Shown here: positions 11,216 through 28,411 of the stretch, piece after piece
Position numbering within the stretch: position 1 is the first letter of the stretch
Layout: the number at the start of each line of letters is the position of its first letter
Origin: Escherichia coli
GTDB lineage: Bacteria > Pseudomonadota > Gammaproteobacteria > Enterobacterales > Enterobacteriaceae
Length of the DNA stretch: 64,000 nt
Assembly: GCF_024502345.1 (NCBI RefSeq)
Contig: NZ_JALDNN010000001.1
Strand: one strand, 5' to 3'
Made by a program: the position numbers and the translations under genes
The notes under the pieces: model-generated
What the model was told of the DNA's origin: nothing
What the model saw: the letters and a program-made list of their open reading frames with translations, nothing else
Databases searched by the model: none

Positions 11216-12202
11216 TTACACTACGCCTGCACGCAGTAAATCATGCATATGTAACACACCGAGTAAATGGTCGCCATCGGCAACCATCACGGAGGTGATA
11301 TGGCGGGACTGCATTAAGTTCAGTGCCTCAACGGCCAGAATGCCAGGGCGCACGCGTATTCCCCCCGGCGTCATCACATCGGCAATACTTAACTGACGAA
11401 CATCCACGCCCATATCGAAGACACGGCGTAAATCACCGTCGGTAAAGATGCCTTCAATCATCATATTGTCATCGCAAATGACAGTCATACCAAGATTTTT
11501 GCGGGTAACTTCCAGCAACGCGTCACGCAGACTGGCCGTTTTCTTAACATGCGGGATCTCATCGCCCGTATGCATAATATCGTTTACGCGCAGCAGAAGT
11601 TTACGACCCAGTGCGCCGCCTGGGTGTGAGAGCGCAAAATCTTCAGCAGTAAAGCCGCGTGCTTTTAACAGCGCGACAGCGAGGGCATCGCCCATAACCA
11701 GCGTGGCGGTGGTGCTGCTGGTCGGTGCCAGCCCTAACGGACAGGCTTCTTTCGCTACTTTAACACACAGATGCACATCTGCGGCGCGCGCCATGCTGCT
11801 CTCCGGGCGACCGGTGATGCAGATTAACGGTACGTGAAGACGCTTAAGCACTGGAATTAAGGCAGTGATTTCGCTGGATTCACCTGAGTTAGAGATAGCA
11901 ATCACCACATCCTGTGGGGTGACCATGCCTAAATCACCATGCGCGGCTTCACCAGGATGGACGAAAAATGAAGGTGTACCGGTGCTGGCAAACGTTGCGG
12001 CCATTTTGCGCCCGATGTGCCCCGATTTCCCCATCCCCATGACGACAACTTTCCCTTTACACCAGAACATCTTTTCACAGGCAAGCGTGAAATTCTGATT
12101 GATGTATTGATCAAGCTCCGCCAGGCATTCACGTTCAATCGCCAGGACTTCTTTACCTGCTTGCTGAAAGTCAAAACCCGGTTGTAACTCTACGTGCGAC
12201 AT
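11216..12202 (-). CDS. kdsD: arabinose 5-phosphate isomerase KdsD
   Basis: 328 aa from ATG at 12202 (MSHVELQPGFD); SIS plus tandem CBS regions. Confidence 0.92.
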   Translation of the reverse strand: MSHVELQPGFDFQQAGKEVLAIERECLAELDQYINQNFTLACEKMFWCKGKVVVMGMGKSGHIGRKMAATFASTGTPSFFVHPGEAAHGDLGMVTPQDVVIAISNSGESSEITALIPVLKRLHVPLICITGRPESSMARAADVHLCVKVAKEACPLGLAPTSSTTATLVMGDALAVALLKARGFTAEDFALSHPGGALGRKLLLRVNDIMHTGDEIPHVKKTASLRDALLEVTRKNLGMTVICDDNMMIEGIFTDGDLRRVFDMGVDVRQLSIADVMTPGGIRVRPGILAVEALNLMQSRHITSVMVADGDHLLGVLHMHDLLRAGVV

Positions 12203-12215
12203 AATGCGTTTCCAG

Positions 12216-13193
12216 TTATTCAACGAGTATTGGCGATAACCAGTACAACATCGCCAGCCATACGATAAATCCGCCAGTTAATAATACCCCTACACCACGG
12301 CCCGGTTGCGGGGAGCGCCGCCAGCACAGCAACGCAAAAATAATGCTCACCAGCAACATCACGCTGTAGTCACGACTGTACGCCAGTGGATCAATCTCTC
12401 CTGGCGTTATCAGCGCGGGTAAACCCAACACGATGACAATATTAAAAATGTTTGCGCCAATGATATTTCCGACAGCAATGTCGTTTTCACCTTTGCGAAC
12501 GCCCGCTATTGCGGTTGCCAGTTCCGGCAGGCTGGTTCCGATAGCAATTGCCGTCAGACCCATCGTCAACTCGCTGATGGCAAAGTAATTCGCCAGCACC
12601 GTGGCGTTATCAACCACCATCCGCGTGGCCACTGGCATGATGATAAGCGCAATGCCGAGCCATAAAAACGCGACGGGCAATCCGCCGTCACGCGGCAGCT
12701 CTGCAAGCTGCTCTCTGGTCAGGCTGTCAGTCCCCTGACGTTCAGCCTGACGTGCAAGTTTAACAATGAACAGCAGCCATAGCACAGCCAGAAAGAGGAG
12801 AAAGATACCATCGCTGCGACTAAGTTGTCCGTCATAGAGTACGGAACCGGCCACCACGCTGACCAACAACATTAAGGGTAATTCACGGCGTAGAACATCA
12901 GAATGGACGGTAAAAGGACGAACCAGCGCAGCCAGACCGAGGATCAGCAATATATTGATAATGTTTGAGCCGAGGGCTGTACCAACGGCTAAATCGCGTT
13001 GTTCGTGCAGAGACGCGGCAAGCGAGACGATGATTTCTGGTAACGATGTACCAATACTGACCACCGTCATGCCGATGATCAGCGGCGGGATGCCAAAGGT
13101 TCGGCAAAGAATAGACGCGGCAAAAACCAGGCGGTCGGCACTGTAAACGACCAAAAGTAAACCAACAATTAACAGTGCCGTAGCTAAAAGCAT
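12216..13193 (-). CDS. yrbG: Na+/Ca2+ exchanger family inner membrane protein YrbG
   Basis: 325 aa polytopic membrane protein with duplicated GTSLPE motifs. Confidence 0.9.
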   Translation of the reverse strand: MLLATALLIVGLLLVVYSADRLVFAASILCRTFGIPPLIIGMTVVSIGTSLPEIIVSLAASLHEQRDLAVGTALGSNIINILLILGLAALVRPFTVHSDVLRRELPLMLLVSVVAGSVLYDGQLSRSDGIFLLFLAVLWLLFIVKLARQAERQGTDSLTREQLAELPRDGGLPVAFLWLGIALIIMPVATRMVVDNATVLANYFAISELTMGLTAIAIGTSLPELATAIAGVRKGENDIAVGNIIGANIFNIVIVLGLPALITPGEIDPLAYSRDYSVMLLVSIIFALLCWRRSPQPGRGVGVLLTGGFIVWLAMLYWLSPILVE

Positions 13194-13402
13194 CTAACGT
13201 CCTTTCTTCAGGTATACTCGCCGGTCCGCTGAAGATTTTCAGAAAGCCGTAACGGATTCTTAATTTTGACTTTATGCGGCTAAAAAGTAAAACAAATGCC
13301 AGCTTTCGCTAACCACGGCGGGTAATATTCTGTAAATATGTTGGGTTCAAGGTTAAATTGAGCGCCATGCTTAGAAAATCAACGCAAGACGAAGGGTGAA
13401 TT

Positions 13403-15002
<1,600 letters not shown>

Positions 15003-15006
15003 GTTC

Positions 15007-15558
15007 ATGCAAACGAAAAAAAATGAAATTTGGGTGGGTATCTTTTTATTAGCAGCACTACTGGCGGCGCTGTTTGTTTGCCTGAAGGCGGCGAACGTGA
15101 CGTCCATACGTACTGAACCGACCTATACGCTTTATGCGACGTTCGATAACATTGGCGGCCTGAAAGCGCGCTCTCCGGTCAGTATTGGTGGCGTTGTTGT
15201 GGGCCGGGTGGCGGATATTACGCTGGACCCGAAAACCTATCTGCCGCGCGTAACGCTGGAAATTGAACAACGTTATAACCACATTCCTGATACCAGTTCG
15301 CTGAGCATTCGTACTTCCGGCCTGCTGGGGGAACAATATCTGGCATTAAACGTTGGTTTTGAAGACCCGGAACTGGGGACTGCTATCCTGAAGGATGGCG
15401 ATACAATTCAGGACACCAAGTCTGCGATGGTGCTGGAAGATCTCATTGGTCAGTTCCTTTACGGTAGTAAAGGCGATGACAATAAGAATAGTGGCGATGC
15501 GCCAGCTGCTGCGCCAGGTAATAATGAAACCACTGAACCTGTGGGTACAACGAAATAA
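15007..15558 (+). CDS. mlaD: MCE-domain phospholipid-binding protein MlaD
   Basis: 183 aa from ATG at 15007 (MQTKKNEIWVG); track ORF starts at an upstream TTG. Confidence 0.9.
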   Translation: MQTKKNEIWVGIFLLAALLAALFVCLKAANVTSIRTEPTYTLYATFDNIGGLKARSPVSIGGVVVGRVADITLDPKTYLPRVTLEIEQRYNHIPDTSSLSIRTSGLLGEQYLALNVGFEDPELGTAILKDGDTIQDTKSAMVLEDLIGQFLYGSKGDDNKNSGDAPAAAPGNNETTEPVGTTK

Positions 15559-16211
<653 letters not shown>

Positions 16212-16212
<1 letters not shown>

Positions 16213-16505
16213 TGAGCGAGTCACTGAGCTGGATGCAGACGGGTGACACGCTGGCGTTATCCGGAGAGCTGGATCAGGACGTTCTGCTACCGCTTTGGGA
16301 AATGCGTGAGGAAGCGGTGAAGGGGGTTACCTGCATCGATCTTAGCCGTGTGTCCCGCGTGGATACGGGGGGACTGGCACTGCTGCTCCATCTTATCGAT
16401 CTGGCGAAAAAGCAGGGCAACAATGTGACGCTTCAGGGGGTAAACGACAAAGTGTATACCCTGGCGAAATTGTATAATTTGCCTGCTGATGTTCTGCCTC
16501 GTTAA
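16212..16505 (+). CDS. mlaB: STAS-domain protein MlaB
   Basis: 97 aa from ATG at 16212 (MSESLSWMQTGD); start overlaps mlaC stop (TAATG). Confidence 0.85.
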
Positions 16506-16664
16506 ATTTTTTCAGGCCGGATATGGCGTTAACCGCCTGTCCGGCAAACCTGCCTGCAAGTCGAGCCTTGTCTGATTTATCAGCGAGGCTTTTTGCTTAT
16601 TTATGCCAGCGCAACTTTGCTCTAAGATGTTTCGCTGGTTTATTAACTGATGATTGAAGATCCC

Positions 16665-16919
16665 ATGGAAAATAATGAAATTCAGAGCGTGTTGATGAAC
16701 GCTCTCTCCCTCCAGGAAGTCCACGTTTCCGGCGATGGCAGCCACTTTCAGGTTATTGCCGTGGGTGAGTTGTTTGACGGCATGAGTCGGGTTAAAAAAC
16801 AGCAGACGGTCTATGGTCCGCTGATGGAATATATTGCGGATAACCGCATTCATGCTGTGTCGATCAAAGCGTATACCCCTGCGGAGTGGGCGCGCGATCG
16901 CAAACTGAACGGCTTTTGA
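16665..16919 (+). CDS. ibaG: BolA-family acid stress protein IbaG
   Basis: 84 aa from ATG at 16665 ([10 protein letters not shown]). Confidence 0.85.
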
Positions 16920-16973
16920 GCTATGGGCGATTCGCCGGTAGCGGATATGAATTGTTAACTGAGAACAAACTAA

Positions 16974-18233
<1,260 letters not shown>

Positions 18234-18280
18234 TCGTCTGAAAGCTGGCAGCCCCGTACGCGGGGCTACCGCCAGACCAC

Positions 18281-18559
18281 TCATTTTTTCGGTTTAGTGT
18301 AGCTACGCATCAACTGCGTTCTGTCGATAAACTCATGGGTCTGCGGATCATGGTAGCGTGATGGCCAGATAACCCAGGGGTCAGTTCCCAGGGCCTTCGC
18401 AATAATCATCTCTCCTTTCGGCCATGGGCGCGATAATGCATTCGCCAGCGTTGAGGAACTCAAACCATTTCTGCGAGATTCCGCCGCCATTGACGTTCCC
18501 TTCTTGCGCAAACCCGCAATGATGTCAGCGGGATGCCAGTCAATGAAATTACTTTCCAT
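18281..18559 (-). CDS. sfsB: Ner-like DNA-binding protein SfsB (Nlp)
   Basis: 92 aa (MESNFIDWHPADIIAGLRKKG). Confidence 0.85.
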   Translation of the reverse strand: MESNFIDWHPADIIAGLRKKGTSMAAESRRNGLSSSTLANALSRPWPKGEMIIAKALGTDPWVIWPSRYHDPQTHEFIDRTQLMRSYTKPKK

Positions 18560-18787
18560 CTTTCCTCACTCCTTAAGTTAGTCGCTTTCATTCAGAACAC
18601 TTCTTCTGTCGAGCATCACTATACTCCTGATGGCCGATTGCTCTAAAAAGTTCCTGTAAAGAGTGTGAATATTCAGAATATATAAAGATGTATACACTGG
18701 TTTTTCAGTGCATTATTACGCTGAATAAGTATTCTTATGGAGTTTACTGGAATCATCCCGCGCACTGCGCGGGATGAGGGGAGGGGA

Positions 18788-19759
18788 TTAACGATCGCGT
18801 TGAACAGCGATGTGCGCGAGGCCGATGAGTGCTTCTCGCCAAGGGGTGTCCGGGAGCACCTGTAACGCTGCGATGGCTTTGTCTGCTTCTTCCTCGGCGC
18901 GCTGACGCGTCCATTCAAGAGATCCACAAGCGTTCATTGCTTCCAGAACCGGTTCCAGAAGATGGCGACCGTTACCCTGTTCGATGGCGGTACGGATCAT
19001 CTGTGCCTGTTCTGGTGTGCCATGATGCATCGCATGCAGCAGCGGCAGCGTCGGTTTACCTTCGTTCAGATCGTCGCCGACGTTTTTACCTAACTGTTCG
19101 CCATCGGCATTGTAATCGAGTAAATCGTCGATCAACTGGAAAGCAGTGCCGAGATAGCGCCCATAATCCTGCAGGCCTTTCTCCTCCTCCGGCGTACAGC
19201 CAGCCAGAATTCCGGAACACTGCGCGGCAGCCTCAAACAGACGCGCGGTTTTGCTATAGATAACGCGCATGTAGTTTTCTTCAGTGATGTCCGGATCGTT
19301 AACATTCATCAGTTGCAGAACTTCACCTTCTGCGATGACGTTTACGGCTTCTGACATGACTTCCAGCACTTTGAGTGAACCGAGGCTGGTCATCATCTGG
19401 AAAGCGCGGGTATAAATAAAATCGCCTACCAGCACGCTGGCGGCATTGCCAAATGCGGCGTTGGCGGTAGCTTTACCCCTGCGCATATCTGATTCATCCA
19501 CAACGTCGTCGTGCAGCAGAGTCGCCGTGTGGATAAACTCGATCAGGGCAGCAATGGTGACATGCGCATTTCCCTCATAGCCAACAGCTCGTGCAGCCAG
19601 TACAGCAATCATCGGACGAATACGTTTACCGCCGCCGCTGACGATGTAATAGCCTAACTGATTGATCAGTTGGACGTCGGAATTAAGCTGCTCAAGGATT
19701 GCCGCATTAACACCCGCCATATCTTGCGCGGTTAACTCATTGATTTTTTCTAAATTCAT
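18788..19759 (-). CDS. ispB: octaprenyl diphosphate synthase IspB
   Basis: 323 aa; polyprenyl synthase DDxxD motifs (LLHDDVVDESD, DDLLDY). Confidence 0.93.
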   Translation of the reverse strand: MNLEKINELTAQDMAGVNAAILEQLNSDVQLINQLGYYIVSGGGKRIRPMIAVLAARAVGYEGNAHVTIAALIEFIHTATLLHDDVVDESDMRRGKATANAAFGNAASVLVGDFIYTRAFQMMTSLGSLKVLEVMSEAVNVIAEGEVLQLMNVNDPDITEENYMRVIYSKTARLFEAAAQCSGILAGCTPEEEKGLQDYGRYLGTAFQLIDDLLDYNADGEQLGKNVGDDLNEGKPTLPLLHAMHHGTPEQAQMIRTAIEQGNGRHLLEPVLEAMNACGSLEWTRQRAEEEADKAIAALQVLPDTPWREALIGLAHIAVQRDR

Positions 19760-19981
19760 CGCAAAAGCCGGGCTTTTCGCCCCGATTACCTTACTGTGAA
19801 CAAAGGCAACTTAGGGTTTATGGTTAGGAATATAGGGTGATTGTACTGAAAAAATGGCACAGATAAACGTTACCGTACAAGTTGTGTTTTTTTTCTTCGT
19901 GTATTGACTGTAGCACTTGTCAAAGGCGTGCGTTTTGCGTAATATTCGCGCCCTATTGTGAATATTTATAGCGCACTCTGA

Positions 19982-20607
<626 letters not shown>

Positions 20608-20633
20608 GTTTTTCGCGTCCCGGTAACGGATGA

Positions 20634-20662
20634 AAGCCCCGCAACACGTTGCGGGGCTTTTT
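20634..20662 (+). terminator. intrinsic terminator after rpmA
   Basis: Hairpin AGCCCCGCAACACGTTGCGGGGCT followed by TTTTT. Confidence 0.7.
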
Positions 20663-20733
20663 ACATTCGATAACCGGTAAAAATGCGCATGGTGCGACGT
20701 TAATCCGCAAATGCGCTTTGCAGGGAATACGGT

Positions 20734-21699
20734 ATGAAGCAGCAGGCAGGCATTGGCATTCTTTTGGCGCTCACCACAGCAATTTGCTGGGGGGCGTTGC
20801 CAATCGCAATGAAGCAGGTGCTGGAGGTGATGGAACCTCCGACAATCGTGTTTTACCGTTTCTTGATGGCGAGTATTGGCCTGGGTGCCATTCTTGCGGT
20901 GAAGAAGAGGTTGCCGCCATTACGCGTGTTTCGTAAGCCACGCTGGTTGATTTTGTTGGCAGTGGCGACCGCCGGGCTGTTTGGGAACTTCATCCTGTTC
21001 AGCTCATCCTTGCAATACCTGAGTCCGACCGCTTCGCAGGTGATTGGGCAACTCTCGCCAGTTGGCATGATGGTTGCCAGCGTATTTATCCTGAAAGAGA
21101 AAATGCGCAGCACTCAGGTTGTAGGGGCATTGATGCTCCTGAGCGGCCTGGTGATGTTTTTTAACACCAGTCTGGTCGAGATATTTACAAAGCTCACCGA
21201 TTACACCTGGGGAGTTATCTTTGGGGTCGGTGCGGCGACGGTTTGGGTGAGTTATGGCGTGGCGCAAAAGGTTTTATTGCGTCGGCTGGCCTCACCGCAG
21301 ATCCTGTTTTTACTGTACGCTTTATGTACAATTGCGCTCTTCCCTCTGGCAAAGCCTGGAGTGATAGCGCAGCTTAGCCACTGGCAGCTCGCATGTTTAA
21401 TTTTTTGCGGACTGAATACATTGGTAGGATATGGCGCCCTGGCGGAAGCGATGGCTCGCTGGCAGGCAGCGCAGGTGAGCGCGATCATCACGCTCACCCC
21501 ACTGTTTACGCTGTTTTTTTCAGATCTTTTATCACTGGCCTGGCCCGATTTCTTCGCCAGACCGATGTTAAACCTTTTAGGTTATCTCGGTGCGTTTGTC
21601 GTGGTTGCGGGCGCGATGTATTCCGCCATTGGTCATCGTATTTGGGGCGGATTACGTAAGCATACAACGGTGGTATCGCAACCCCGCGCAGGCGAATGA
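20734..21699 (+). CDS. yhbE: EamA/DMT family inner membrane transporter YhbE
   Basis: 321 aa polytopic membrane protein. Confidence 0.85.
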   Translation: MKQQAGIGILLALTTAICWGALPIAMKQVLEVMEPPTIVFYRFLMASIGLGAILAVKKRLPPLRVFRKPRWLILLAVATAGLFGNFILFSSSLQYLSPTASQVIGQLSPVGMMVASVFILKEKMRSTQVVGALMLLSGLVMFFNTSLVEIFTKLTDYTWGVIFGVGAATVWVSYGVAQKVLLRRLASPQILFLLYALCTIALFPLAKPGVIAQLSHWQLACLIFCGLNTLVGYGALAEAMARWQAAQVSAIITLTPLFTLFFSDLLSLAWPDFFARPMLNLLGYLGAFVVVAGAMYSAIGHRIWGGLRKHTTVVSQPRAGE

Positions 21700-22887
<1,188 letters not shown>

Positions 22888-22892
22888 TCAGC

Positions 22893-22925
22893 AAAACCCC
22901 GGCCATGTGCCGGGGTTTCTTTTTG
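22893..22925. terminator. bidirectional intrinsic terminator between convergent obgE and dacB
   Basis: Hairpin CCCCGGCCATGTGCCGGGG flanked by A-run upstream and T-run downstream. Confidence 0.7.
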
Positions 22926-22926
22926 A

Positions 22927-24360
22927 CTAATTGTTCTGATAAATATCTTTATACAAACGGCTTTCAAAACGCACTAACGGAATACGGCGATTACGCTGAT
23001 CCGCAGGTTCTACTGCATAGCCAGAAAGATATTGTACAAACGCCATTCGTTGCCCGCTCGCTGTGGTAATGAATCCCGCCAGGTTATATACCCCCTGCAA
23101 CGAACCGGTTTTCGCTGAGACTTTTCCATCCACGCCCGCCTGATGCAGACCTGCACGGTACTGCAAAGAGCCGTCATAGCCCGCCAGCGGCAGCATGGAG
23201 ATAAAGTTAAGTTCATTGTCGTGTTGGGCAATGTATTGCAGCACCTGCATCATGGTGGCGGGGGCAATCAGGTTATGCCGCGAAAGCCCTGAACCATCGG
23301 CAATAATGGTGTTTCCAATATCGACACCGGCTTGCTGGCGCAGGATCTGACGCACGGCGTCCGACCCGGCCCGCCATGTTCCAGGCACATTGAAGCGCGC
23401 ATGGCCTATCATGCGGAAAACCGTATCGGCGATCATGTTGTCCGACTTTTTCAGCATAATCTTAAGCAGATCGTGCAACGGGGCCGACTGTTTACTGGCA
23501 ACTACCGTTCCAAGTTCGTTAACCTGAGTCTGGCGCAGCAGTGTTCCGCTCCAGGTGATACCTGCCTGTTTTAACTCATCTTTCAGAATTGCCCCGGCAT
23601 AGCTGGCTCCATCCTGCACGGCAAAAGCCAACGGGAGCGGCTCAGAACGTTGCGGCAGGCATCCCGTTAGCGTAAAGCGGTTCAGGTCGCCTGGTACGAC
23701 ATCCAGTTCGCAGTATTGCGCTTCGGCAGAACCACGGGGGAGTGTGCGTACCTGGCTGAACATCGTAACGGGGTAATAAGATGCCACGCGTATAAAAGCC
23801 ATATCACCAGGTTTTGGGGCACTGTAGAGCGAGACGGAGAAACAGTTGCGGTCAACTATGGCGGCGGCAGGCGGAGCGCTAAAGCATTGTGTCATGTCAT
23901 TCCATGGCCAGCCGGGGGCTTTATCGTGGCTGGCGAAAATGGAGGTATCTATCAACACATTGCCATCGATTTGGTTGACGCCAGATTTTTTCAAAGTCGC
24001 GACCATATTGCGAATATCCTGACGTTTTAACGTCGGATCGGCACCAAATCGCGCCACTAAGTCACCCTTAAGTACGCCGTTTTCCACATTGCCTTTGGTT
24101 TCAAGCGTCGTGGTAAAACGAAAATCGGGGCCGAGTTGAATCAACGCCGCCAGCGCAGTAATCACTTTCTGCGTACTGGCGGGCAGCGCCATCTGCTGAC
24201 TGTGGTAATCAATAGCGGGGGCCGACGCGCCGACTTTTTGCACCATCAGGGCAAGGTTGGCACCAGCGGGGAGTTGAGTAATGTACTCATCAACATTTGC
24301 GGCCTGAACACTAAACGCTATACAGCTGGTCAATCCGATGATAAATCTGGAAAATCGCAT
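22927..24360 (-). CDS. dacB: D-alanyl-D-alanine carboxypeptidase/endopeptidase PBP4
   Basis: 477 aa; signal peptide, STQK active-site motif. Confidence 0.95.
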   Translation of the reverse strand: MRFSRFIIGLTSCIAFSVQAANVDEYITQLPAGANLALMVQKVGASAPAIDYHSQQMALPASTQKVITALAALIQLGPDFRFTTTLETKGNVENGVLKGDLVARFGADPTLKRQDIRNMVATLKKSGVNQIDGNVLIDTSIFASHDKAPGWPWNDMTQCFSAPPAAAIVDRNCFSVSLYSAPKPGDMAFIRVASYYPVTMFSQVRTLPRGSAEAQYCELDVVPGDLNRFTLTGCLPQRSEPLPLAFAVQDGASYAGAILKDELKQAGITWSGTLLRQTQVNELGTVVASKQSAPLHDLLKIMLKKSDNMIADTVFRMIGHARFNVPGTWRAGSDAVRQILRQQAGVDIGNTIIADGSGLSRHNLIAPATMMQVLQYIAQHDNELNFISMLPLAGYDGSLQYRAGLHQAGVDGKVSAKTGSLQGVYNLAGFITTASGQRMAFVQYLSGYAVEPADQRNRRIPLVRFESRLYKDIYQNN

Positions 24361-24607
24361 AATCTCGCGCTAACAACCTGGAATCGAGCCGTCATACTAC
24401 GGCGCAACGCCCTATAAAGTAAACGATGACCCTTCGGGAACTTCAGGGTAAAATGACTATCAAAATGTGAATTGTAGCTGACCTGGGACTTGTACCCGGG
24501 TCGGTATTTTTTTGCTTCTGGTCCCGGTGAGGAGTTATGCCGGGCAGGCCGAACAGCCGGGGTGGGTGAAGACTTGCCCCATCAGGAATATTCAAGAGGT
24601 ATAACAA

Positions 24608-25084
<477 letters not shown>

Positions 25085-25127
25085 GAATTACCCAATACTC
25101 AAGATGTTGATGTATTGTAAAGAAAGG

Positions 25128-25151
25128 AAAAAGGCCGCTATGCGGCCTTTT
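25128..25151. terminator. terminator hairpin between convergent greA and yhbY
   Basis: AAAAAGGCCGCTATGCGGCCTTTT. Confidence 0.65.
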
Positions 25152-25239
25152 ATCAACGAACAGAGCGTGGCATTTTGCTCTCCTGCCTGCGGAAAACCCC
25201 TCGTTTTACACAGCAAATGTGTGTAACTTTAGGATAATC

Positions 25240-25533
25240 TTAGCGTGGCAGCGAGATTTTACGTTCTTTAGTTGGGCGATAAAGCACCAGCGTTTTACCG
25301 ATGACCTGTACATTACAGGCGCCGGTTTCGCGCACGATAGCTTCCACGATCAAGGTTTTAGTTTCGCGATCTTCGGTGGCGATTTTCACCTTGATGAGTT
25401 CATGGTGCTCTAACGCTTGTTCAATCTCGGCCAGCACCCCTTCGGTCAAACCATTACTGCCAAGCAGAACAACTGGCTTGAGCGGATGTGCCAGACCTTT
25501 CAGGTGCTGTTTTTGTTTAGTACTCAGATTCAT
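25240..25533 (-). CDS. yhbY: CRS1/YhbY-type RNA-binding protein
   Basis: 97 aa (MNLSTKQKQHLKGLAHPLKPVV). Confidence 0.9.
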   Translation of the reverse strand: MNLSTKQKQHLKGLAHPLKPVVLLGSNGLTEGVLAEIEQALEHHELIKVKIATEDRETKTLIVEAIVRETGACNVQVIGKTLVLYRPTKERKISLPR

Positions 25534-25658
25534 CGTATTTTTTGCTTACGTTGGGATTGAAAACGGGTCATTCTACCGCCATCTCCCATATATCACCAAA
25601 TAGGCGCGTAAAAATTTACGCAATTGGTTACGATGAGTTATCCCCATGGGAAAGTTAA

Positions 25659-26288
25659 ATGACAGGTAAGAAGCGTTCTGCCAGCTCCAGCCGCTGGCTT
25701 CAGGAACACTTTAGCGATAAATATGTTCAACAGGCACAGAAAAAGGGGTTACGTTCCCGTGCCTGGTTTAAACTTGATGAAATACAGCAAAGTGACAAAC
25801 TCTTTAAACCGGGAATGACGGTTGTCGACCTTGGTGCTGCTCCGGGTGGTTGGTCACAATATGTGGTCACCCAAATTGGCGGCAAAGGCCGCATCATCGC
25901 TTGCGATCTTTTACCTATGGATCCTATCGTTGGTGTGGACTTTCTTCAGGGCGATTTTCGTGATGAACTGGTGATGAAAGCACTGCTGGAGCGCGTTGGC
26001 GACAGCAAAGTCCAGGTTGTCATGTCCGATATGGCACCAAACATGAGCGGAACACCGGCGGTGGATATCCCCCGTGCCATGTATCTGGTGGAACTGGCGC
26101 TAGAAATGTGTCGTGATGTATTAGCGCCAGGTGGCAGTTTTGTAGTGAAGGTGTTCCAGGGCGAAGGTTTCGATGAGTATCTAAGGGAAATTCGCTCCCT
26201 GTTTACGAAGGTCAAAGTTCGTAAGCCGGACTCTTCTCGTGCACGTTCGCGGGAAGTGTATATTGTAGCGACCGGGCGTAAACCCTAA
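25659..26288 (+). CDS. rlmE: 23S rRNA 2'-O-ribose U2552 methyltransferase RlmE (FtsJ)
   Basis: 209 aa; SAM-binding motif [13 protein letters not shown]. Confidence 0.95.
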
Positions 26289-26387
26289 CCGGGAGATTTC
26301 AGACGAAAGTTTGAAAGATGCTGGATATAGAGTATCCTGACGCTGTTTTTAACACAGTTGTAATAAGAGGTTAATCCCTTGAGTGAC

Positions 26388-28322
26388 ATGGCGAAAAACC
26401 TAATACTCTGGCTGGTCATTGCCGTTGTGCTGATGTCAGTATTCCAGAGCTTTGGGCCCAGCGAGTCTAATGGCCGTAAGGTGGATTACTCTACCTTCCT
26501 ACAAGAGGTCAATAACGACCAGGTTCGTGAAGCGCGTATCAACGGACGTGAAATCAACGTTACCAAGAAAGATAGTAACCGTTATACCACTTACATTCCG
26601 GTTCAGGATCCGAAATTACTGGATAACCTGTTGACCAAGAACGTCAAGGTTGTCGGTGAACCGCCTGAAGAACCAAGCCTGCTGGCTTCTATCTTCATCT
26701 CCTGGTTCCCGATGCTGTTGCTGATTGGTGTCTGGATCTTCTTCATGCGTCAAATGCAGGGCGGCGGTGGCAAAGGTGCCATGTCGTTTGGTAAGAGCAA
26801 AGCGCGCATGCTGACGGAAGATCAGATCAAAACGACCTTTGCTGACGTTGCGGGCTGCGACGAAGCAAAAGAAGAAGTTGCTGAACTGGTTGAGTATCTG
26901 CGCGAGCCGAGCCGCTTCCAGAAACTCGGCGGTAAGATCCCGAAAGGCGTCCTGATGGTCGGTCCTCCAGGTACCGGTAAAACGCTGCTGGCGAAAGCGA
27001 TTGCAGGCGAAGCGAAAGTTCCGTTCTTTACTATCTCCGGTTCTGACTTCGTAGAAATGTTCGTCGGTGTGGGTGCATCCCGTGTTCGTGACATGTTCGA
27101 ACAGGCGAAGAAAGCGGCACCGTGCATCATCTTTATCGATGAAATCGACGCCGTAGGCCGCCAGCGTGGCGCAGGTCTGGGCGGTGGTCACGATGAACGT
27201 GAACAGACTCTGAACCAGATGCTGGTTGAGATGGATGGCTTCGAAGGTAACGAAGGTATCATCGTTATCGCCGCGACTAACCGTCCGGACGTTCTCGACC
27301 CGGCCCTGCTGCGTCCTGGCCGTTTCGACCGTCAGGTTGTGGTCGGCTTGCCAGATGTTCGCGGTCGTGAGCAGATCCTGAAAGTTCACATGCGTCGCGT
27401 ACCATTGGCACCCGATATCGACGCGGCAATCATTGCCCGTGGTACTCCTGGTTTCTCCGGTGCTGACCTGGCGAACCTGGTGAACGAAGCGGCACTGTTC
27501 GCTGCTCGTGGCAACAAACGCGTTGTGTCGATGGTTGAGTTCGAGAAAGCGAAAGACAAAATCATGATGGGTGCGGAACGTCGCTCCATGGTGATGACGG
27601 AAGCGCAGAAAGAATCGACGGCTTACCACGAAGCGGGTCATGCGATTATCGGTCGCCTGGTGCCGGAGCACGATCCGGTGCACAAAGTGACGATTATCCC
27701 ACGCGGTCGTGCGCTGGGTGTGACTTTCTTCTTGCCTGAGGGCGACGCAATCAGCGCCAGCCGTCAGAAACTGGAAAGCCAGATTTCTACGCTGTACGGT
27801 GGTCGTCTGGCAGAAGAGATCATCTACGGGCCGGAACATGTTTCTACCGGTGCGTCCAACGATATTAAAGTTGCGACCAACCTGGCACGTAACATGGTGA
27901 CTCAGTGGGGCTTCTCTGAGAAATTGGGTCCACTGCTGTACGCGGAAGAAGAAGGTGAAGTGTTCCTCGGCCGTAGCGTAGCGAAAGCGAAACATATGTC
28001 CGATGAAACTGCACGTATCATCGACCAGGAAGTGAAAGCACTGATTGAGCGTAACTATAATCGTGCGCGTCAGCTTCTGACCGACAATATGGATATTCTG
28101 CATGCGATGAAAGATGCTCTCATGAAATATGAGACTATCGACGCACCGCAGATTGATGACCTGATGGCACGTCGCGATGTACGTCCGCCAGCGGGCTGGG
28201 AAGAACCAGGCGCTTCTAACAATTCTGGCGACAATGGTAGTCCAAAGGCTCCTCGTCCGGTTGATGAACCGCGTACGCCGAACCCGGGTAACACCATGTC
28301 AGAGCAGTTAGGCGACAAGTAA
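26388..28322 (+). CDS. ftsH: ATP-dependent zinc metalloprotease FtsH
   Basis: 644 aa from ATG at 26388 ([10 protein letters not shown]); Walker A GPPGTGKT, zinc site HEAGH. Confidence 0.95.
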
Positions 28323-28353
28323 GTTCCCGCATCAGATGACTGTATTTGTACCG

Positions 28354-28384
28354 AAAACCCCGGGGCGTGCTCCGGGGTTTTTTC
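28354..28384 (+). terminator. intrinsic terminator after ftsH
   Basis: AAAACCCCGGGGCGTGCTCCGGGGTTTTTTC. Confidence 0.7.
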
Positions 28385-28411
28385 TTATCAATTCATACCA
28401 GGGATAACATC

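Noticed and set aside
26616-28103. 495-aa ORF antisense to ftsH
   Set aside because: Same reasoning: antisense shadow ORF within a conserved essential gene, no independent signal.
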